Shown here: positions 61,978 to 64,000 of the stretch, one piece after another
Layout of the letters: every line of letters begins with the position of its first letter
Position numbering within the stretch: the first letter of the stretch is position 1
Assembly: GCF_018977255.1 (NCBI RefSeq)
Contig: NW_024704742.1
Coordinates: forward strand, 8,868,001 to 8,932,000
Length of the DNA stretch: 64,000 nt
From: Callorhinchus milii
Taxonomy: Eukaryota
Direction: 5' to 3'
The notes under the pieces: generated by a model
Databases searched by the model: none
What the model was told of the DNA's origin: nothing
The model's input: the letters and a program-made list of their open reading frames with translations, nothing else
Made by a program: the position numbers and the translations under genes

Positions 61978-63197
61978 TGTAAGATTATATTTGTGATTTT
62001 TAATGTTTATTAAGACTTTTAATTACTCTTTATATGCATTTAGAATGTAATCTACCCATAATTCTTTAATAAGGTTTGTTTGATAGAATGACTAGCTTAG
62101 CAGGGGTTAAAAGGAGCTTCGCTGGACGGGTTGAGGTCAGCTTCTGATTACATTTCATATTTTCCTGGGAAGATGTTCACTCCTCTGAGATAATGAGCAA
62201 TCGGGTCCTTGAGCACCGATGTAAGAACAATGGATCACAGAAAAAAAAGGCTACAACCTCAGACACCTGCCATCTCGAGGCTGAGAAACAAACCGGCTGT
62301 GGAAGGCTGCCCAGAAGTTGTCCATATCTTTCTCCTTATCAGATATTTTCCCATGCGAAAAGAGCCTGCTCAAAGATTGTTAGCAGCCTGTGAAGGGTGG
62401 GGGCTATCTCTGTGACAAGGGGAGGTGGAGTTAGAAACACATAAAAAGATTAATTTTGAAAATAATTGGAGTTGTGTAGAGGGTCAGCACACTTCCCAGT
62501 GGAATCGATGTTGATTCTAGCGTATCTATGTATAGTGTACAGGGGTGAGGGAATTTACCTCCAGTAAGAAAGTGACCATGAAAAGTGAAAGAGGAGTAGT
62601 GGGTAATATGTTTTTGGTTCTGTTTGCTAGGCAGAGAAGTAATAACAACAGTAGTAGTGGTTGGTCCGTTTGAAACACAGAAGTCAGGTTAGACAGTACA
62701 AGTGAGGCGTTGGGCTAAGAGCTGATTGTTTCTTTTGGGTTTCCAGGAGCCACTCGCTGTGACTCAGTGTGATAGCTCTGTGATCTCTCCAGTGTGCTCC
62801 CAGGTCTACTGTTTAGTCTGCAGTACAAAACAGTGCTTGGCTACGTGTTGTCGTCCCTATATCGTCGGTACTGCTGTTGCTGCGTACGACTGGTTGGGTC
62901 CGAGGGTTTACCGGTCGCTGGTCCGTTTAGTGTATGTGTTACCAGAATCAGTTGTACTTGAGGGATTTCCAGGGGTTGATCTCTGCTGTGTATTTTAAGG
63001 TGTGTTGTTTGTCTGGAGTACTGAGCAACCCCTGTATGCATGCTGTGTGATAAATGTTTTGCTCACACAGATGTGTTGTATTGTTATTGTGTTGTTATGT
63101 TTGGTATAATTTGATTAGATTATTAAACCTTATGTTTCATCTTATGCAATAAACTCTATACTCTTACCACTGCCTGTCAAATTATTTACAGTTTACA
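61978..63197 (+). mobile_element. Solo LTR, 1220 bp
   Basis: TGTAA...TTACA termini; CTTG at 61974-61977 and 63198-63201; AATAAA at 63148-63153. Confidence 0.75.
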
Positions 63198-64000
63198 CTT
63201 GTTCACAGTTCATTCAGGTCTGCACATTGCTGATGAGAGGCCAAAGGACTGCAAATGTGGGAAATAATAATAATATTAATAATTGTTGGGGACAGAAAAT
63301 ATCTAGTTTTACCTGACATTATTTCATCTGCTGTGCGCAAATGGCTGCTGCGTTTCACCCACAAATATACAGTCGATTCACTTTATAGTATATTCTGTGA
63401 AGAGCTTTGAGACGTCTAGAAGATGTGAAAAGCGTTATATCAAATGCAAGGATTATCATTTATTTATTAATATTAGCTGATCTGGATTCTGGCATCGGGA
63501 ACCAAAAGGGGATAAACTGTTGCATTCCCCAGGAGAAGTCTCATTCAGCACAGAAATGACCAAATCAGCAGTAAAAGGCTCCTGGTTAGATTTGGATGGC
63601 ATGACATGCACAGCAATATTTTTTTTACAATGAATAAATCCAACCTTACTTTTCAACCACTGTACATAGTATCTGTTAATTGTCTGGGTATTAACTAGAA
63701 ACTAAGTATATAATGTGTGATTGGCATCAGTGCCATGGATCTGCCATAGATCAGGATCTGAACAGAATCCATGTGCGTTATAAAGCCATGACAAGGTCAT
63801 TGCATGAACCAGTCAATAAAAATGCACATCTTATCTGTGGTGTTATTAACTCCTGGAGTGTCTGAGACGAATGGGCAAATCGCTTAAAACAAGTTGTTGG
63901 TCAACAATGCTACTGTATTATTTACGGTATCATTGCTGAATTGATTTATATTTTAATCATTAAGCATTTTACTATAACTTCAATGGCCATAAAGAAATAG

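Noticed and set aside
62411..63207. Alternative LTR boundaries tgtgacaag...cttgttcaca
   Set aside because: No target-site duplication; 61978-63197 has both inverted termini and a TSD.

Overview
Vertebrate genomic DNA with two intron-containing protein-coding genes, both on the minus strand. The repeat landscape (CR1, L2 and Tx1 LINEs, tRNA-derived and Deu-domain SINEs) suggests a cartilaginous fish, possibly a holocephalan; this is inference. (1) CENPE (kinesin-7 kinetochore motor): ATG at 48446 and 23 single-copy exons (917 codons) that splice in frame at GT-AG junctions down to 10451. These are followed by a tandem array (1 to about 10066, running off the left edge) of at least five ~2-kb units. 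Each unit carries three phase-0 coiled-coil exons (209-213 aa per unit, 1052 aa in total), and introns are near-identical between copies. The 3' end of the gene lies outside the window. (2) A compact four-exon secreted Kazal-type protease inhibitor gene (SPINK-like, 81 aa, P1 = Leu) at 57386-52662, with TATA box, AP-1 site and polyA signal; it is invisible in the ORF track. The rest is transposon debris, including two solo LTRs with 4-bp TSDs and a TA-flanked TIR element family, plus G-rich minisatellites bracketing the CENPE promoter and several hairpins. Exon coordinates were read by hand from splice sites. Transposon boundaries are approximate unless a TSD or TIR is quoted. Family assignments come from recalled motifs, not database searches.
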